Origin: a virus
Direction: 5' to 3' (one strand)
IMG/VR virus record: IMGVR_UViG_3300002933_000006
Location: 5,202 to 69,201 of that record
Length of the DNA stretch: 64,000 bases
Both the position numbers and the translations under genes were made by a program. The notes under the pieces were generated by a model, which was not told where the DNA came from, searched no databases, and was given only the letters and a program-made list of their open reading frames with translations. Positions 1 through 9,649 of this stretch are shown here, piece after piece. The first letter of the stretch is position 1; the number at the start of each line of letters is the position of its first letter.

Positions 1-153
1 GTCTGCAGCCGGTTGTTTATCATCAACTTTAAAACTCAGCACAACAACATCTTGGTCATCGCCGAGTTTACTTTTAAATTCGTCAATATGTAATTCTGGG
101 TGAATTAACCGTGCTAAATCTCCCTTTTCGAGGCCTTCAAATAAATTACGCAT
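1..153 (-). CDS. Hypothetical phage protein, 5' part only (runs off window start)
   Basis: ATG at 153 overlaps the end of the preceding gene; open frame MRNLFEGLEKGDLARLIHPELHIDEFKSKLGDD... continues to position 1. Confidence 0.7.
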   Translation of the reverse strand, partial: MRNLFEGLEKGDLARLIHPELHIDEFKSKLGDDQDVVVLSFKVDDKQPAAD

Positions 154-700
154 TTGGTGTTCCTTCTTCGGGTGCTTGTCCCGGTGCTTCTGCTTCAATT
201 GAATGATCAACAGCTTCGTTGTCTGCACCGGTTTCGTATGCATTGTCGATATCTTCTAAATCAACAGTACCGGATTCTAATTCCAATGCACCTTGCTCAA
301 TATCATTCATTAGCTTTTTAGGCATAACAATAGTAACTAACCACACAGGACTTTGTACCATCTTAGGAACTTTAGTACCTGGCTTATAATCGGTGGGGCT
401 TTTTACTTTTTTAGTGTGTTCGAAGAAATCTTGTTTAAATGTAACATCACAATCATATTCCGATAACCGTGCTGCACCCTTGGGATTAGGCATCTTTTTG
501 TACGGCCACATAAACGTACATTTTACAAAGTACTTTTCGTATACAGGACCTTCTACAAGTTCGCCTTGTTTCCAGTTGTCAAACGCATACAAGTCAAGCT
601 CATCTAATACTCGTTCAAAATCCAGCAATGTACTAACTGCTGAATCTGTCATGAATATCTCTTTTGTGTTGTTTAGTAGGTCTCTAATATTTGCCGGCAT
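146..700 (-). CDS. Hypothetical phage protein (184 aa), late-promoter context
   Basis: ORF with acidic C-terminus; ATAAATA motif 8 nt upstream of ATG. Confidence 0.75.
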   Translation of the reverse strand: MPANIRDLLNNTKEIFMTDSAVSTLLDFERVLDELDLYAFDNWKQGELVEGPVYEKYFVKCTFMWPYKKMPNPKGAARLSEYDCDVTFKQDFFEHTKKVKSPTDYKPGTKVPKMVQSPVWLVTIVMPKKLMNDIEQGALELESGTVDLEDIDNAYETGADNEAVDHSIEAEAPGQAPEEGTPNA

Positions 701-723
701 AGTATACTTATTTATCTGTGTAA

Positions 724-1380
724 CTATGTTCTTTCCGACATTTTAGTGTGCGATCCACGGAGTATTTCTTTATCAAGCCAATGATCATCTATATATTTTA
801 CGTATTTGTGGTTAGCATCTTCTGCAATAAACCGCATAATATCGGGGTTATCATACGCAATAGGAAACGCCAGGATCTTACTTAACCACTTCAAATAATG
901 TGTTGTATGCAAGAAGAACGCTTCATGATCAATGAAGTGTATAGGGAAATTACTAGGCAATAACGTATTATAATAGTAATCCTGTGCTATAGGAGTAGTA
1001 TGTTCTTTACGAACACGTAACTGCTGTTCTTTGTTAATGTTTTGATCACGTACTACAATAGCAATTTCTACTTCCACACCTACACTTTTAGCAAACTCAG
1101 CAACTTCGAGTATCTTGGGTATATGTCTAACACCATCGTAAAAGAATGGACAACTAACATTAGCAAAGAAGTAATTCTTAGAATCAGTGTGGTGGAATAT
1201 ATCAGCAGTTAAGCGTTCAGGATAGACCCAGTACTCTGCAAAAGGTTCCTGATCACTAGGTACCCAATACTTAGTTAATAGTTCTTTCCATCCCTCTACC
1301 TCGGGATGCAAACTTAGTAAGCGACTAAACACATGATTGCCCGAGCCCTGTGGTCCAGTAACAATTAACAGTTTTTTCAT
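724..1380 (-). CDS. P-loop / sulfotransferase-like protein
   Basis: N-terminal LLIVTGPQGSGNH and later IVVRD motif resemble the 5'-PSB/3'-PB motifs of the sulfotransferase/kinase fold. Confidence 0.55.
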   Translation of the reverse strand: MKKLLIVTGPQGSGNHVFSRLLSLHPEVEGWKELLTKYWVPSDQEPFAEYWVYPERLTADIFHHTDSKNYFFANVSCPFFYDGVRHIPKILEVAEFAKSVGVEVEIAIVVRDQNINKEQQLRVRKEHTTPIAQDYYYNTLLPSNFPIHFIDHEAFFLHTTHYLKWLSKILAFPIAYDNPDIMRFIAEDANHKYVKYIDDHWLDKEILRGSHTKMSERT

Positions 1381-2042
1381 GGTTGATTTGTTTTAGCTAA
1401 TTCTTCTAAGTATGCTTCTGTCTTATCTGTAATGATACCTGTAAGTTGTAGTGTAACTCTAGGATGGAATCCGGCGTTAGCAGTACTATGCGGAACATTC
1501 TGCCAATCAAATGTAGTTACATCTCCGGCTTTCCAGTTGCGGTGATTGTAGTTACCGTAACTCCAGAATTGTCCTGGTTGCCAATCAGTTAATGCAATAA
1601 AGTAACGTCCAACTTTCTCTGGTTGCTCCGGAAACCATTTATATAACTTGTCGATATGTAAGTGCCATACTTGTCCTGGCATTTGTACGTGGATACGTTC
1701 CATGCAATCTTGTAGACCAAATGCATCACTTATTGCTTGGAACTGCGGACTTAGTGTCCAATCCAAATTTGTAATAATAACTTTAGGATCAATTCCTGCA
1801 CGTTCTAAATCATATTCTTCTTCTACTAACTCGGGTTTAGGCACATTAACACCTTCACCTTTAAAGCCACGTGTTTCCCAATTGGCAGGTTTACTACGTG
1901 CAACAATACCTGCTACATCATCTGCCCACTGACTAGCACTTAACCGGCCGAGTTGAACAACAGTATCCCACCGTGAATCTATAATGTCATTATCAAAATG
2001 ATACTGGCTTTTTTCTTTTAATTTATCGTAACTGCTTTTCAT
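1377..2042 (-). CDS. Cupin / 2OG-Fe(II) dioxygenase-like protein
   Basis: RIHVQMPGQVWHLHID (HxD) ... WKAGDV ... PHSTANAG ... RVTLQLTG, the Asp/Asn beta-hydroxylase-like DSBH pattern. Confidence 0.7.
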   Translation of the reverse strand: MKSSYDKLKEKSQYHFDNDIIDSRWDTVVQLGRLSASQWADDVAGIVARSKPANWETRGFKGEGVNVPKPELVEEEYDLERAGIDPKVIITNLDWTLSPQFQAISDAFGLQDCMERIHVQMPGQVWHLHIDKLYKWFPEQPEKVGRYFIALTDWQPGQFWSYGNYNHRNWKAGDVTTFDWQNVPHSTANAGFHPRVTLQLTGIITDKTEAYLEELAKTNQP

Positions 2043-2656
2043 ATTACTTTTACTCCTAAGTCTGATCGGTTATAGTCTTGAAAATATTCATCTGTTGGGT
2101 TAACAATGCCTAAAATATATGCAAGTGTGTGATTATTTGTTGGCATACGACCATCATACTTGTCCCATGCCAATTTTATATCGGCATTTTGTTCTTTAAT
2201 AATTGTTGCCATTGTTTTTAAATCTTTGTAGTACTTAGCATAGCTAGGATACGTGATATTAAAATGCCCGCATTTAACCCACCAGCCTAGACAACTATCA
2301 TCACTACGGTACGCTAATATAATAGGAGCATCGGGCCAGGTGTGTCTTAGAAAGTCAACATTGTGAGCAAATATATGGCTCTTGATAATACGCACACCCG
2401 AACCCGAAAACGGCTCATCGAACCGACGCTCTAGTTCTACTTTGCTTAACGTAGATAGATCTGCCGGTAAATCAAATTCCATACCGGGATCAAAGTAAGC
2501 ACCTAAGTGCATAAGTTCCAATTGTCCTGGAGCATCGTGCCAATATGTGCGAGCTTCACTATAGTCTGTACGATCCACACTTGGACTATAATAAATGTTT
2601 TTAATCAGGCTCGACCATTTACTGCCCGGAGCACCTGCACAAAATATATATTTCAT
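2039..2656 (-). CDS. P-loop / sulfotransferase-like protein
   Basis: YIFCAGAPGSKWS, RIIKSH and IILAYR motifs. Confidence 0.55.
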   Translation of the reverse strand: MKYIFCAGAPGSKWSSLIKNIYYSPSVDRTDYSEARTYWHDAPGQLELMHLGAYFDPGMEFDLPADLSTLSKVELERRFDEPFSGSGVRIIKSHIFAHNVDFLRHTWPDAPIILAYRSDDSCLGWWVKCGHFNITYPSYAKYYKDLKTMATIIKEQNADIKLAWDKYDGRMPTNNHTLAYILGIVNPTDEYFQDYNRSDLGVKVI

Positions 2657-3627
2657 TCTTTGCTTAGGTCAATTGTTTTAAGTACAGGTAAGAATGTAGA
2701 TCGAAGCGTTTCTATTTGTTTATGTAATCCAGCTGTGGTAAGTTCTTCTTCTTCGTAAAATACTACATTTTGTCTACGCCAAGTTTTATAATCTTCACTA
2801 CGTATTGCTTTAGCAAATTCTCGTTGATACCATGCAACTATATCTGGCGGAGTGCCTTTGGGTAATTCGATACTCCATGCAGCATATACATTAATACCAG
2901 GAGCAACTGTGTTTAACAACGGAACATTGGGATATTGTGGCATAGTACGAGTACCAGTGAATCCAATGATTTTAACTTTACCTGCTTCTACTAAAGGTCG
3001 GGCAACAGCAATAGGCATAATACCAAACTCTGTTCCTTCCTTGCCATCAAACGATGCTACACTTGTTACAGCTGGTAACGGACCGTTAAATCTAATAGGT
3101 TTAACCATGTCGGTATTACCGTGATTCCTTATCATTAAATATTCAAATGCAGTACGATGCGCTCCTCCACCGACTGCAACATTAACAGGACGAGTAGTAG
3201 TAGCAATTAATCGAGCAAAATCAACAGGGGTATCGACATGACTTTGTGGGCTTGCTACTAAAGCTAATGGACTTTTGCCCATAGTCAACACATCAATGAA
3301 ATCATCATACTTAAACTTCTTAGTCTTTGCTTCCCAAATGTCGTTAGTAACGTATGTACTCATATGACTAGGCAAGTTAATTGTATATCCATCAGCCGGC
3401 TGTGTTAAAAAATGATTTTGGGCTATTACCGAATCGGCCCCGGGTCTATTTTCTACTACATAAACAAACTTAGGATTAGTCTTTTGTACAATACTAGCTA
3501 ACTCTCTAAATGCAATTTCGTTTCCTGCCCCGGGAGTGTTACCCACAATAACTGTAACTGTCTTTGTTGGTTCCCATGCAAATGCTAATACTGGCACTAA
3601 TAATAATACAGCTAATAATTTTTTCAT
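2653..3627 (-). CDS. Bug/TctC family tripartite tricarboxylate transporter substrate-binding protein
   Basis: Signal peptide (AFA-W); P.K.V.VIV..PGAG.E...R, VVENRPGA, PADGYTI and YPNVP motifs. Confidence 0.85.
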   Translation of the reverse strand: MKKLLAVLLLVPVLAFAWEPTKTVTVIVGNTPGAGNEIAFRELASIVQKTNPKFVYVVENRPGADSVIAQNHFLTQPADGYTINLPSHMSTYVTNDIWEAKTKKFKYDDFIDVLTMGKSPLALVASPQSHVDTPVDFARLIATTTRPVNVAVGGGAHRTAFEYLMIRNHGNTDMVKPIRFNGPLPAVTSVASFDGKEGTEFGIMPIAVARPLVEAGKVKIIGFTGTRTMPQYPNVPLLNTVAPGINVYAAWSIELPKGTPPDIVAWYQREFAKAIRSEDYKTWRRQNVVFYEEEELTTAGLHKQIETLRSTFLPVLKTIDLSKE

Positions 3628-4181
3628 TTTGTTTCCTTGAATAATAAATTTTGAATTTCATCCGGTAACCAAGGCGTTGACATGCGCTCTGGGTGCCACG
3701 TTATACCTGCTAAATTTCCTTCAATCCAAGCTTCGCAATTGCCTGCTGGATCTACGCACAATACTGTGGCTTTATCATGTACTTGTTTAATTGCTAATGT
3801 GTGATAACTGTTAACTTCAACAACATCACCAAAGTACATAATTTCATGTTTGACATTGTAGTGATTGTCTACTTCAACTATAATACCACCTAAAACACTT
3901 TGTAATAAGAATGACCCATGGCAAACACCTATAATAGGTTTGCGTTGTTTCATCATTAATGTTGCTAATTTTAATTCTACATTACGGCGTAATAAACTAT
4001 CGTCGCCCCCTGTTATAATTAATGCATCTAATTGTACTGCTAAAAGTTCAAAGTCCTGTGCTAAATCATTTGGTACTGGCACAAGCGTATGATCTTTTAA
4101 ATATGAATACCATCCGTGCTGGGTGGCATCATACGCTTGTCCATTATGAACCAGGATTCGTTGTGTGATTCCTATCTTCAA
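3624..4181 (-). CDS. Class I glutamine amidotransferase / peptidase C26 family
   Basis: LIITGG, PIIGVCHG (nucleophile Cys), VNSYH and WHPE catalytic triad motifs. Confidence 0.85.
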   Translation of the reverse strand: MKIGITQRILVHNGQAYDATQHGWYSYLKDHTLVPVPNDLAQDFELLAVQLDALIITGGDDSLLRRNVELKLATLMMKQRKPIIGVCHGSFLLQSVLGGIIVEVDNHYNVKHEIMYFGDVVEVNSYHTLAIKQVHDKATVLCVDPAGNCEAWIEGNLAGITWHPERMSTPWLPDEIQNLLFKETK

Positions 4182-4182
4182 A

Positions 4183-4878
4183 TTACCAACCGTACGCTTC
4201 TGATACTAACTCTTTTGCTTCTGCGGTTGCTACACTATTTGCACAAGAGATATCGAACAAATCTTTACGCATAGCAGATGCTAACGCAGTTGCACGTGCT
4301 TGTGTGCTAGAGTCAACACATAGTTGTTCTAATTTAAGAGCACCGATACTAGCGTGAAATCCTTCGTCGCGAGCAATCTTAGCATAACGTGAACTGATAA
4401 ATTCATCTTCGATGCACTCGGCCATTGTGTTCCAGTTTACTTCTGCACGACCTTCGGCAATAAACTGATAAACTGCTAATGCTAGTTCGTCTGTTTCTGC
4501 TTCGTACTTGGCCAATAATGCAGCGCCTTTAGCTGTCGGTTTAGCTTGTTCTGCGGCAATAGCGGCTTCAACATCTAGTTCACTGCCAGTAATATGTTCA
4601 ACAACTTCTTTAACCATACGGAAATGAATAGCTTCATCCATTGCTTGTTTAGCTAAAAGTTGTAGTTCTTCTGGACTAGCACTTGCTGGCATACCAGCAA
4701 TACGAGCACTAATTTCACTCATATTCATACGTTCGTTGACCATACGGCCAATGAAGTGTTCTACTAGTGCGTCTTGGTTAGGATTGCTGGCAAAATATGC
4801 CTTAACATTTAATGCACCTGCTGTAAATAATGCTTGATTATCCTGCGCCAATTGGGCTACAAATTGTTTGCTATTCAT
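4183..4878 (-). CDS. Ferritin-like di-iron carboxylate protein
   Basis: Two ExxH motifs (DEAIH, DEGFH) plus candidate Glu ligands (NERMN, AEGRA) in a helical protein. Confidence 0.8.
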   Translation of the reverse strand: MNSKQFVAQLAQDNQALFTAGALNVKAYFASNPNQDALVEHFIGRMVNERMNMSEISARIAGMPASASPEELQLLAKQAMDEAIHFRMVKEVVEHITGSELDVEAAIAAEQAKPTAKGAALLAKYEAETDELALAVYQFIAEGRAEVNWNTMAECIEDEFISSRYAKIARDEGFHASIGALKLEQLCVDSSTQARATALASAMRKDLFDISCANSVATAEAKELVSEAYGW

Positions 4879-4971
4879 GTAAACTCCTTAAATATATTTA
4901 ATGAAAATACAAGAGTCCGTAAAATTTTTTACCATCTTGTAAAATTATTTATCAAATAAGAGAAAAATCAA

Positions 4972-5700
4972 ATGAATAACAAAATTTTTAACCTAATTAC
5001 TAAAAATTTAGAAGAAACCTTTAATTTACCTAAGTATAAAAGTATTGTAATTGGCAAAGATACTATTGTAGACGAATTGCCATGGACTCCGGCACGGTAT
5101 CGGAAATTTAAGGATCATGTAGAAACAGAACTAATGTTAGATGACTGTAATTTCAATGGTCCATTACTTAAAATTGTAGATACTATCAGTGAACGTTATA
5201 TTCTACGCTTCTTTGGGGAAATTTGGAAGCCACGCACCGATGACTATTCTCACACAGGATGGAGTTTAGTTGAGGAAATTAATGCACTTAAACCACGTGC
5301 AGTATTAGATGTAGGTTGCGGATATCATCCTTTTAAAGGACGAATTGATAACTTAGTGGGTATTGACCCATATAACGATGCTGCTGATTATCAAGTTGAT
5401 ATTTTAGAGTACAAGGTTAAACACAAGTATGATGTTATTATTGCACTAGGATCAATTAACTTTAACAGCCAAGACGAAATTGAAGCTAGGTTTGGGCATT
5501 GTGTAAATTTGCTTGAAACTAGTGGTAAGTTCTACTTACGTGCTAATCCCGGCATTGCACATAAAGCAGGACCATATGTGGAAATCTTCCCGTGGTCGTT
5601 TGAGATTGTTAATGACTTTGCTGAAAAGTTTAATTTGAAGCTATTAGAGTTTAAGAAAGATGCTAACAACAGATTGTATTTCGTTTACGAAAAGTTGTAG
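4972..5700 (+). CDS. Class I SAM-dependent methyltransferase with N-terminal ACP-like helical domain
   Basis: VLDVGCG motif I, GIDP and YDVIIALGSI; the N-terminal ~75 aa has carrier-protein-like spacing but lacks the DSL serine. Confidence 0.75.
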   Translation: MNNKIFNLITKNLEETFNLPKYKSIVIGKDTIVDELPWTPARYRKFKDHVETELMLDDCNFNGPLLKIVDTISERYILRFFGEIWKPRTDDYSHTGWSLVEEINALKPRAVLDVGCGYHPFKGRIDNLVGIDPYNDAADYQVDILEYKVKHKYDVIIALGSINFNSQDEIEARFGHCVNLLETSGKFYLRANPGIAHKAGPYVEIFPWSFEIVNDFAEKFNLKLLEFKKDANNRLYFVYEKL

Positions 5701-5822
5701 CACGGTCTATTACTTATGCCTTAAAATAAATGATAAACACGCCGTTTATATTTTGACAAAACCCTCCTAAATATTCTTGTAGTTCGAGCAATAATACAAC
5801 AACGTTTATTTAGGAGGCATAA

Positions 5823-6596
5823 TTGGCCAAACGTCAAAACCGAAGAGCTGAGGCTCTTGTAACAAATGGTAGTAACCACCACACAAGTAGTAACTTCAAA
5901 GGCAACAACACAGTAGTACTGGACTCGTATCGCAAACCGCAACAACAACGTCCAATTACACTACTTCCAAAAAGTCTGACACAAGAAACATACATAGACC
6001 TTTTAACAGATCCAACTAAACTAATAGTTTTTGCTACTGGCCCAGCGGGCACAGGCAAAACAATGCTGGCTGTATTAGCCGCACTTAAAGCTCTTAGATC
6101 TGGCGAATGTGACCGTATTGTAGTTACTCGGCCTGCTGTAGGTGTAGATGATGAACAACACGGATTTTTACCAGGAGACTTAAATGAAAAGATGGCTCCG
6201 TGGACAAGACCAATTTTTGACATTATCGGTGAATATTATCGCCAATCCGAAATCGCTAAGATGCTAGATGAACAAACTATAGAGATCTCTCCCCTAGCAT
6301 ATATGAGAGGTAGAACATTTAAGAACTCGTGGATTATTGCAGACGAAATGCAAAATGCGACACCAAGTCAGATGAAAATGTTACTCACACGATTAGGTGA
6401 AGATAGTAAGATGATTGTAACCGGTGATACACGCCAAGCAGACCGTAGCGAAAACGATAACGGATTGTTGGATTTTCAGCACCTAGTAGAAGATTACAAA
6501 AAGTGCAAATACGTTACTGGAGTAGAATTCCAGCACCGTGATATTCAACGACATCCTGCGGTGCTGGAAATCTTAAAAATCTACAAGGAGGTTTAA
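5823..6596 (+). CDS. phoH: PhoH-like ATPase
   Basis: GPAGTGKT, RIVVTRPAV, GFLPGDL.EK, PLAYMRGRTF, ADEMQN, GDTRQAD, QRHP; TTG start with GGAGG RBS. Confidence 0.95.
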   Translation: MAKRQNRRAEALVTNGSNHHTSSNFKGNNTVVLDSYRKPQQQRPITLLPKSLTQETYIDLLTDPTKLIVFATGPAGTGKTMLAVLAALKALRSGECDRIVVTRPAVGVDDEQHGFLPGDLNEKMAPWTRPIFDIIGEYYRQSEIAKMLDEQTIEISPLAYMRGRTFKNSWIIADEMQNATPSQMKMLLTRLGEDSKMIVTGDTRQADRSENDNGLLDFQHLVEDYKKCKYVTGVEFQHRDIQRHPAVLEILKIYKEV

Positions 6597-7177
6597 ACGG
6601 TAATTATCTCGTAAATTTCTTTCCAGTTTTTAACTGTACGTACATGGTCATGGTAGTGGTGCATATTATGACCATGTTCCATGAGTAAACTATTAAGTCC
6701 CAAGTCAGCGCCTAGTTCAGCGTTCTCAACTTTATCTTCGATCCAGTAGCAACCGGTATCTCTGTATGGATACAATGCCGCATCCTTAGGAGCCGCAGTA
6801 TCTAAACATACAATCTTTTGGAATGCAGTTTCGCCAAATAACTTACGTAGGTTCATTTCACGCAACTTAACAGTATTGGGATCTACACTTACCGAAGTGA
6901 TGCAATGGAATACGTATCCATGTTCCTTGTGCAACTTTTCAATATAGTGCATAGCATCACGCAAGGGCGGAAGGAATCCAATTGCGGCACTTTCGTTAAA
7001 CATCTTAATCAGACGCATAGTTTGTTCTATGCTAATTCCATAACGCTTGGCAATGCTGTAATCAAATTCGCCGCCGGGGATCTTTTCAAATCCGTGTTGT
7101 TCAATCCATATTTCAAACGCATACTCCCAGTTTAAGAGTACACCGTCTGCATCTACTAATATAACACTTTCTTTCAT
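6593..7177 (-). CDS. HAD-superfamily 5'(3')-deoxyribonucleotidase-like hydrolase
   Basis: ILVDADGVL motif I, WIEDK motif IV. Confidence 0.8.
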   Translation of the reverse strand: MKESVILVDADGVLLNWEYAFEIWIEQHGFEKIPGGEFDYSIAKRYGISIEQTMRLIKMFNESAAIGFLPPLRDAMHYIEKLHKEHGYVFHCITSVSVDPNTVKLREMNLRKLFGETAFQKIVCLDTAAPKDAALYPYRDTGCYWIEDKVENAELGADLGLNSLLMEHGHNMHHYHDHVRTVKNWKEIYEIITV

Positions 7178-7365
7178 TTTCCTAACCACCAGCTTTCTGT
7201 TTTCTTATGTAAACGGTCGTAACGCTCATCAAACGACGCATCACAATACCCTTTAAACCAATAATCCAACGATACATTATCAACATCGGTAGCAGTATGC
7301 CACGAATGGCTAACTCCCATCCCTTCTTTCCAAGCACTATATCCGATATAATAATTCTCGTTCAC
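7174..7365 (-). CDS. Hypothetical protein
   Basis: Small ORF coupled to its neighbours by ATGA overlaps. Confidence 0.55.
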   Translation of the reverse strand: MNENYYIGYSAWKEGMGVSHSWHTATDVDNVSLDYWFKGYCDASFDERYDRLHKKTESWWLGK

Positions 7366-7634
7366 GCTTTTAACAATTCTATAAGTTTTTCAGGTTTAAC
7401 AATATCGTGTACTTGTTTAATATTAAGCACACGCACTTCTAATTCTACAATTTCAAATTCGTGCATAGTTTTTAACATATAATCGTCATGCATACAACGA
7501 GTTAAAAAACTACGCAACTTACCAATGGTGTCAAAGGTTTTACCTTTTTCACTCCACTGGCGATACATAGTACCTTTACTGTACTCGGGAGGATTAGATC
7601 CTCGACGACGAACTTTGTAGTGTATCTCTCTCAT
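7362..7634 (-). CDS. Hypothetical protein
   Basis: ORF in an overlapping gene chain. Confidence 0.65.
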   Translation of the reverse strand: MREIHYKVRRRGSNPPEYSKGTMYRQWSEKGKTFDTIGKLRSFLTRCMHDDYMLKTMHEFEIVELEVRVLNIKQVHDIVKPEKLIELLKA

Positions 7635-7897
7635 TGTACAGGATCTCCACCAACGGTAAAGTTTATAAGTTTAAATTTATCAAAGCAAGTTGGGCATACG
7701 CAATTATGGCCCGGTCCACCACTTGAACTAATAGTCTTGCCACAATCACTACAAGACATAATAGCTGCTGTAGCGACCATACCCGGGCGAGGAACAATAG
7801 GATCCCAATTAGTCTTGCTTGTACGTCTATATCCAATAATTTCTTTTTTCATCTTTAACTCCATTTCAATGTGATTGTGATGATACTCGCCGGTCAT
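7631..7897 (-). CDS. Small zinc-ribbon protein
   Basis: CSDC ... CPTC pairs; start uncertain. Confidence 0.55.
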   Translation of the reverse strand: MTGEYHHNHIEMELKMKKEIIGYRRTSKTNWDPIVPRPGMVATAAIMSCSDCGKTISSSGGPGHNCVCPTCFDKFKLINFTVGGDPVQ

Positions 7898-8217
7898 TAC
7901 CACCACTTCCCGACTTCATCTGGATTGTTATAGTTCACCCAACGATTCTTATCACCGTTCCAATGTCGATTATCACGCAACTGTATATCTATACCATATC
8001 CAAATAAACTAAATGAGAATCTGGGACCGGCGTGATCTTCACCAGACCATGTTAAATCGATAGTAAGTTGAACAAGCCAATAAGCGTGTCGCTCTATCCT
8101 AAACTCAAATGTCTTATTCTTTGTAACACCGTGCTCAAGCTCAATATAAACTTTTTGCCAGTCGTTCATCTTAGACTTCCAGAACGGGTTTTTAATATCA
8201 AAACTTAAACTAATCAT
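7897..8217 (-). CDS. Hypothetical protein
   Basis: ORF in an overlapping gene chain. Confidence 0.65.
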   Translation of the reverse strand: MISLSFDIKNPFWKSKMNDWQKVYIELEHGVTKNKTFEFRIERHAYWLVQLTIDLTWSGEDHAGPRFSFSLFGYGIDIQLRDNRHWNGDKNRWVNYNNPDEVGKWW

Positions 8218-8218
8218 T

Positions 8219-8434
8219 TTAACTCCACTTTAATAAAAACAAACACAGATCTTCCTCTTGAACAAATTCCACTCCACTATAACCAATGCCAATATCTTGC
8301 TGCCATCGTTGTCCATCTCCTCTCGGGCCAAAAGTTTGATCGCACCACTCATACAATTCATAAAAGTTAATAATCGGTCCGAGAAATTCTGCTATATACT
8401 TGCTAGATTGTAATTGATAGCTACGTATATTCAT
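8219..8434 (-). CDS. Small 'FxLxW-terminal' family protein (array 1)
   Basis: EWCDQTFG ... FVQEEDLCLFLLKWS. Confidence 0.75.
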   Translation of the reverse strand: MNIRSYQLQSSKYIAEFLGPIINFYELYEWCDQTFGPRGDGQRWQQDIGIGYSGVEFVQEEDLCLFLLKWS

Positions 8435-8444
8435 TATGCTATTC

Positions 8445-8732
8445 CTAATATGTCTTTGTTAAACTATCCCACACTTCGCCGTGCCAGGGTTTAAATGTTA
8501 TATTCCATTGCCAGGGACTGTCTAAGGTATTGCCCTTTGGCTTTCCAATAAGCTCAGTCCACTCACCTTGCGTATCTTCATATACTACACGATACCGCAG
8601 ACCTTGATTTATGTAAGCATACACATACTCAGCATCGTTAGTGACGCTCAAACAACCAGGGCGATTAAGATCTCGTATAAGCACAATGCCATCTTTTTTA
8701 TTAACTATTTCCCACTCAGCGTGACAACCCAT
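8445..8732 (-). CDS. Hypothetical protein embedded in array 1
   Basis: Starts at a TAATG overlap after AGGTGG; IRDL..SVTNDAE motif. Confidence 0.7.
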   Translation of the reverse strand: MGCHAEWEIVNKKDGIVLIRDLNRPGCLSVTNDAEYVYAYINQGLRYRVVYEDTQGEWTELIGKPKGNTLDSPWQWNITFKPWHGEVWDSLTKTY

Positions 8733-8911
8733 TATGACCACCTTAATAGATACATTGTTGCTAACTTGTCAGGCAATTCGATATACCATTGAGTTCGGAC
8801 AAGCATACCATTTTCTTCATGTTGACAGTCAACATCCCATCTTGGATAATGTTTGTCTAACCATTTCTCTCGTTCTCCCATCACTGGTACTGTAGTGCGT
8901 ATTTTTACCAT
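8732..8911 (-). CDS. FxLxW-terminal family protein
   Basis: Ends LPDKLATMYLLRWS; start at TAATG overlap. Confidence 0.7.
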   Translation of the reverse strand: MVKIRTTVPVMGEREKWLDKHYPRWDVDCQHEENGMLVRTQWYIELPDKLATMYLLRWS

Positions 8912-9126
8912 TATGCCCACCTCAACATAAACAACATTAAATCGTTTTCCTGAGCAAATTCTATCTCTCCGTAGGCAATACCATTTTTCCAACGTGCCTT
9001 AGGAACTGTACCAGCATAGCCGAACGCATCACGGCACCATTTCCACATTTCCTCACCGCTTGACGGAGGCTTAAACGCCGCTATATACGATGTCGATCCA
9101 CATGGTTGATATCCGTATATTTGCAT
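8911..9126 (-). CDS. FxLxW-terminal family protein
   Basis: KWCRDAFG ... FAQENDLMLFMLRWA. Confidence 0.75.
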   Translation of the reverse strand: MQIYGYQPCGSTSYIAAFKPPSSGEEMWKWCRDAFGYAGTVPKARWKNGIAYGEIEFAQENDLMLFMLRWA

Positions 9127-9383
9127 TATGCCCAACTCAATAAAAACAAAGTTGCTAATCTTTCGTCATCAAACTCTACCCACCATGTTGTACTTGTACC
9201 AGATGCCTGCCAACGATTCGCAAGATCGGTTGTTTTAGTCACAATTTTCCAGCCTTGTCCATCTGATGGGTATTTTTCATACTCATACAGCGGCAAGCCT
9301 ATATTCTTATACAACCAAGAACGAATTTCGTTTATCATATTCTCCTCGCCTAAGACATGCGGAGTGATATTAATCATAGTCAT
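9126..9383 (-). CDS. FxLxW-terminal family protein
   Basis: SWLYKNIG ... FDDERLATLFLLSWA. Confidence 0.75.
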   Translation of the reverse strand: MTMINITPHVLGEENMINEIRSWLYKNIGLPLYEYEKYPSDGQGWKIVTKTTDLANRWQASGTSTTWWVEFDDERLATLFLLSWA

Positions 9384-9649
9384 TATGCCCACTTCAACGC
9401 AAATAGCGTAGCCGTTTCGTCATTTTCAAAGTAATAAACCCGAGTAAGTTGCATCTCGTTAGAATTGTGATTGTGAAGCAGGCCTGCATCAACGACGGTA
9501 TTTTCGAAGTATCTACCCGGACGATCTTGAGCCAACCAAGTTGTATACTCAATAGGATCCCATTGTTTAATGCGCTTATATGTAACATGCACTTGGGCCC
9601 AGCCACGCTCTTCTAATGTCTTAACTTGATAGCCATTCCAAAATCTCAT
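9383..9649 (-). CDS. FxLxW-terminal family protein
   Basis: Ends FENDETATLFALKWA; start at TAATG overlap. Confidence 0.75.
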   Translation of the reverse strand: MRFWNGYQVKTLEERGWAQVHVTYKRIKQWDPIEYTTWLAQDRPGRYFENTVVDAGLLHNHNSNEMQLTRVYYFENDETATLFALKWA

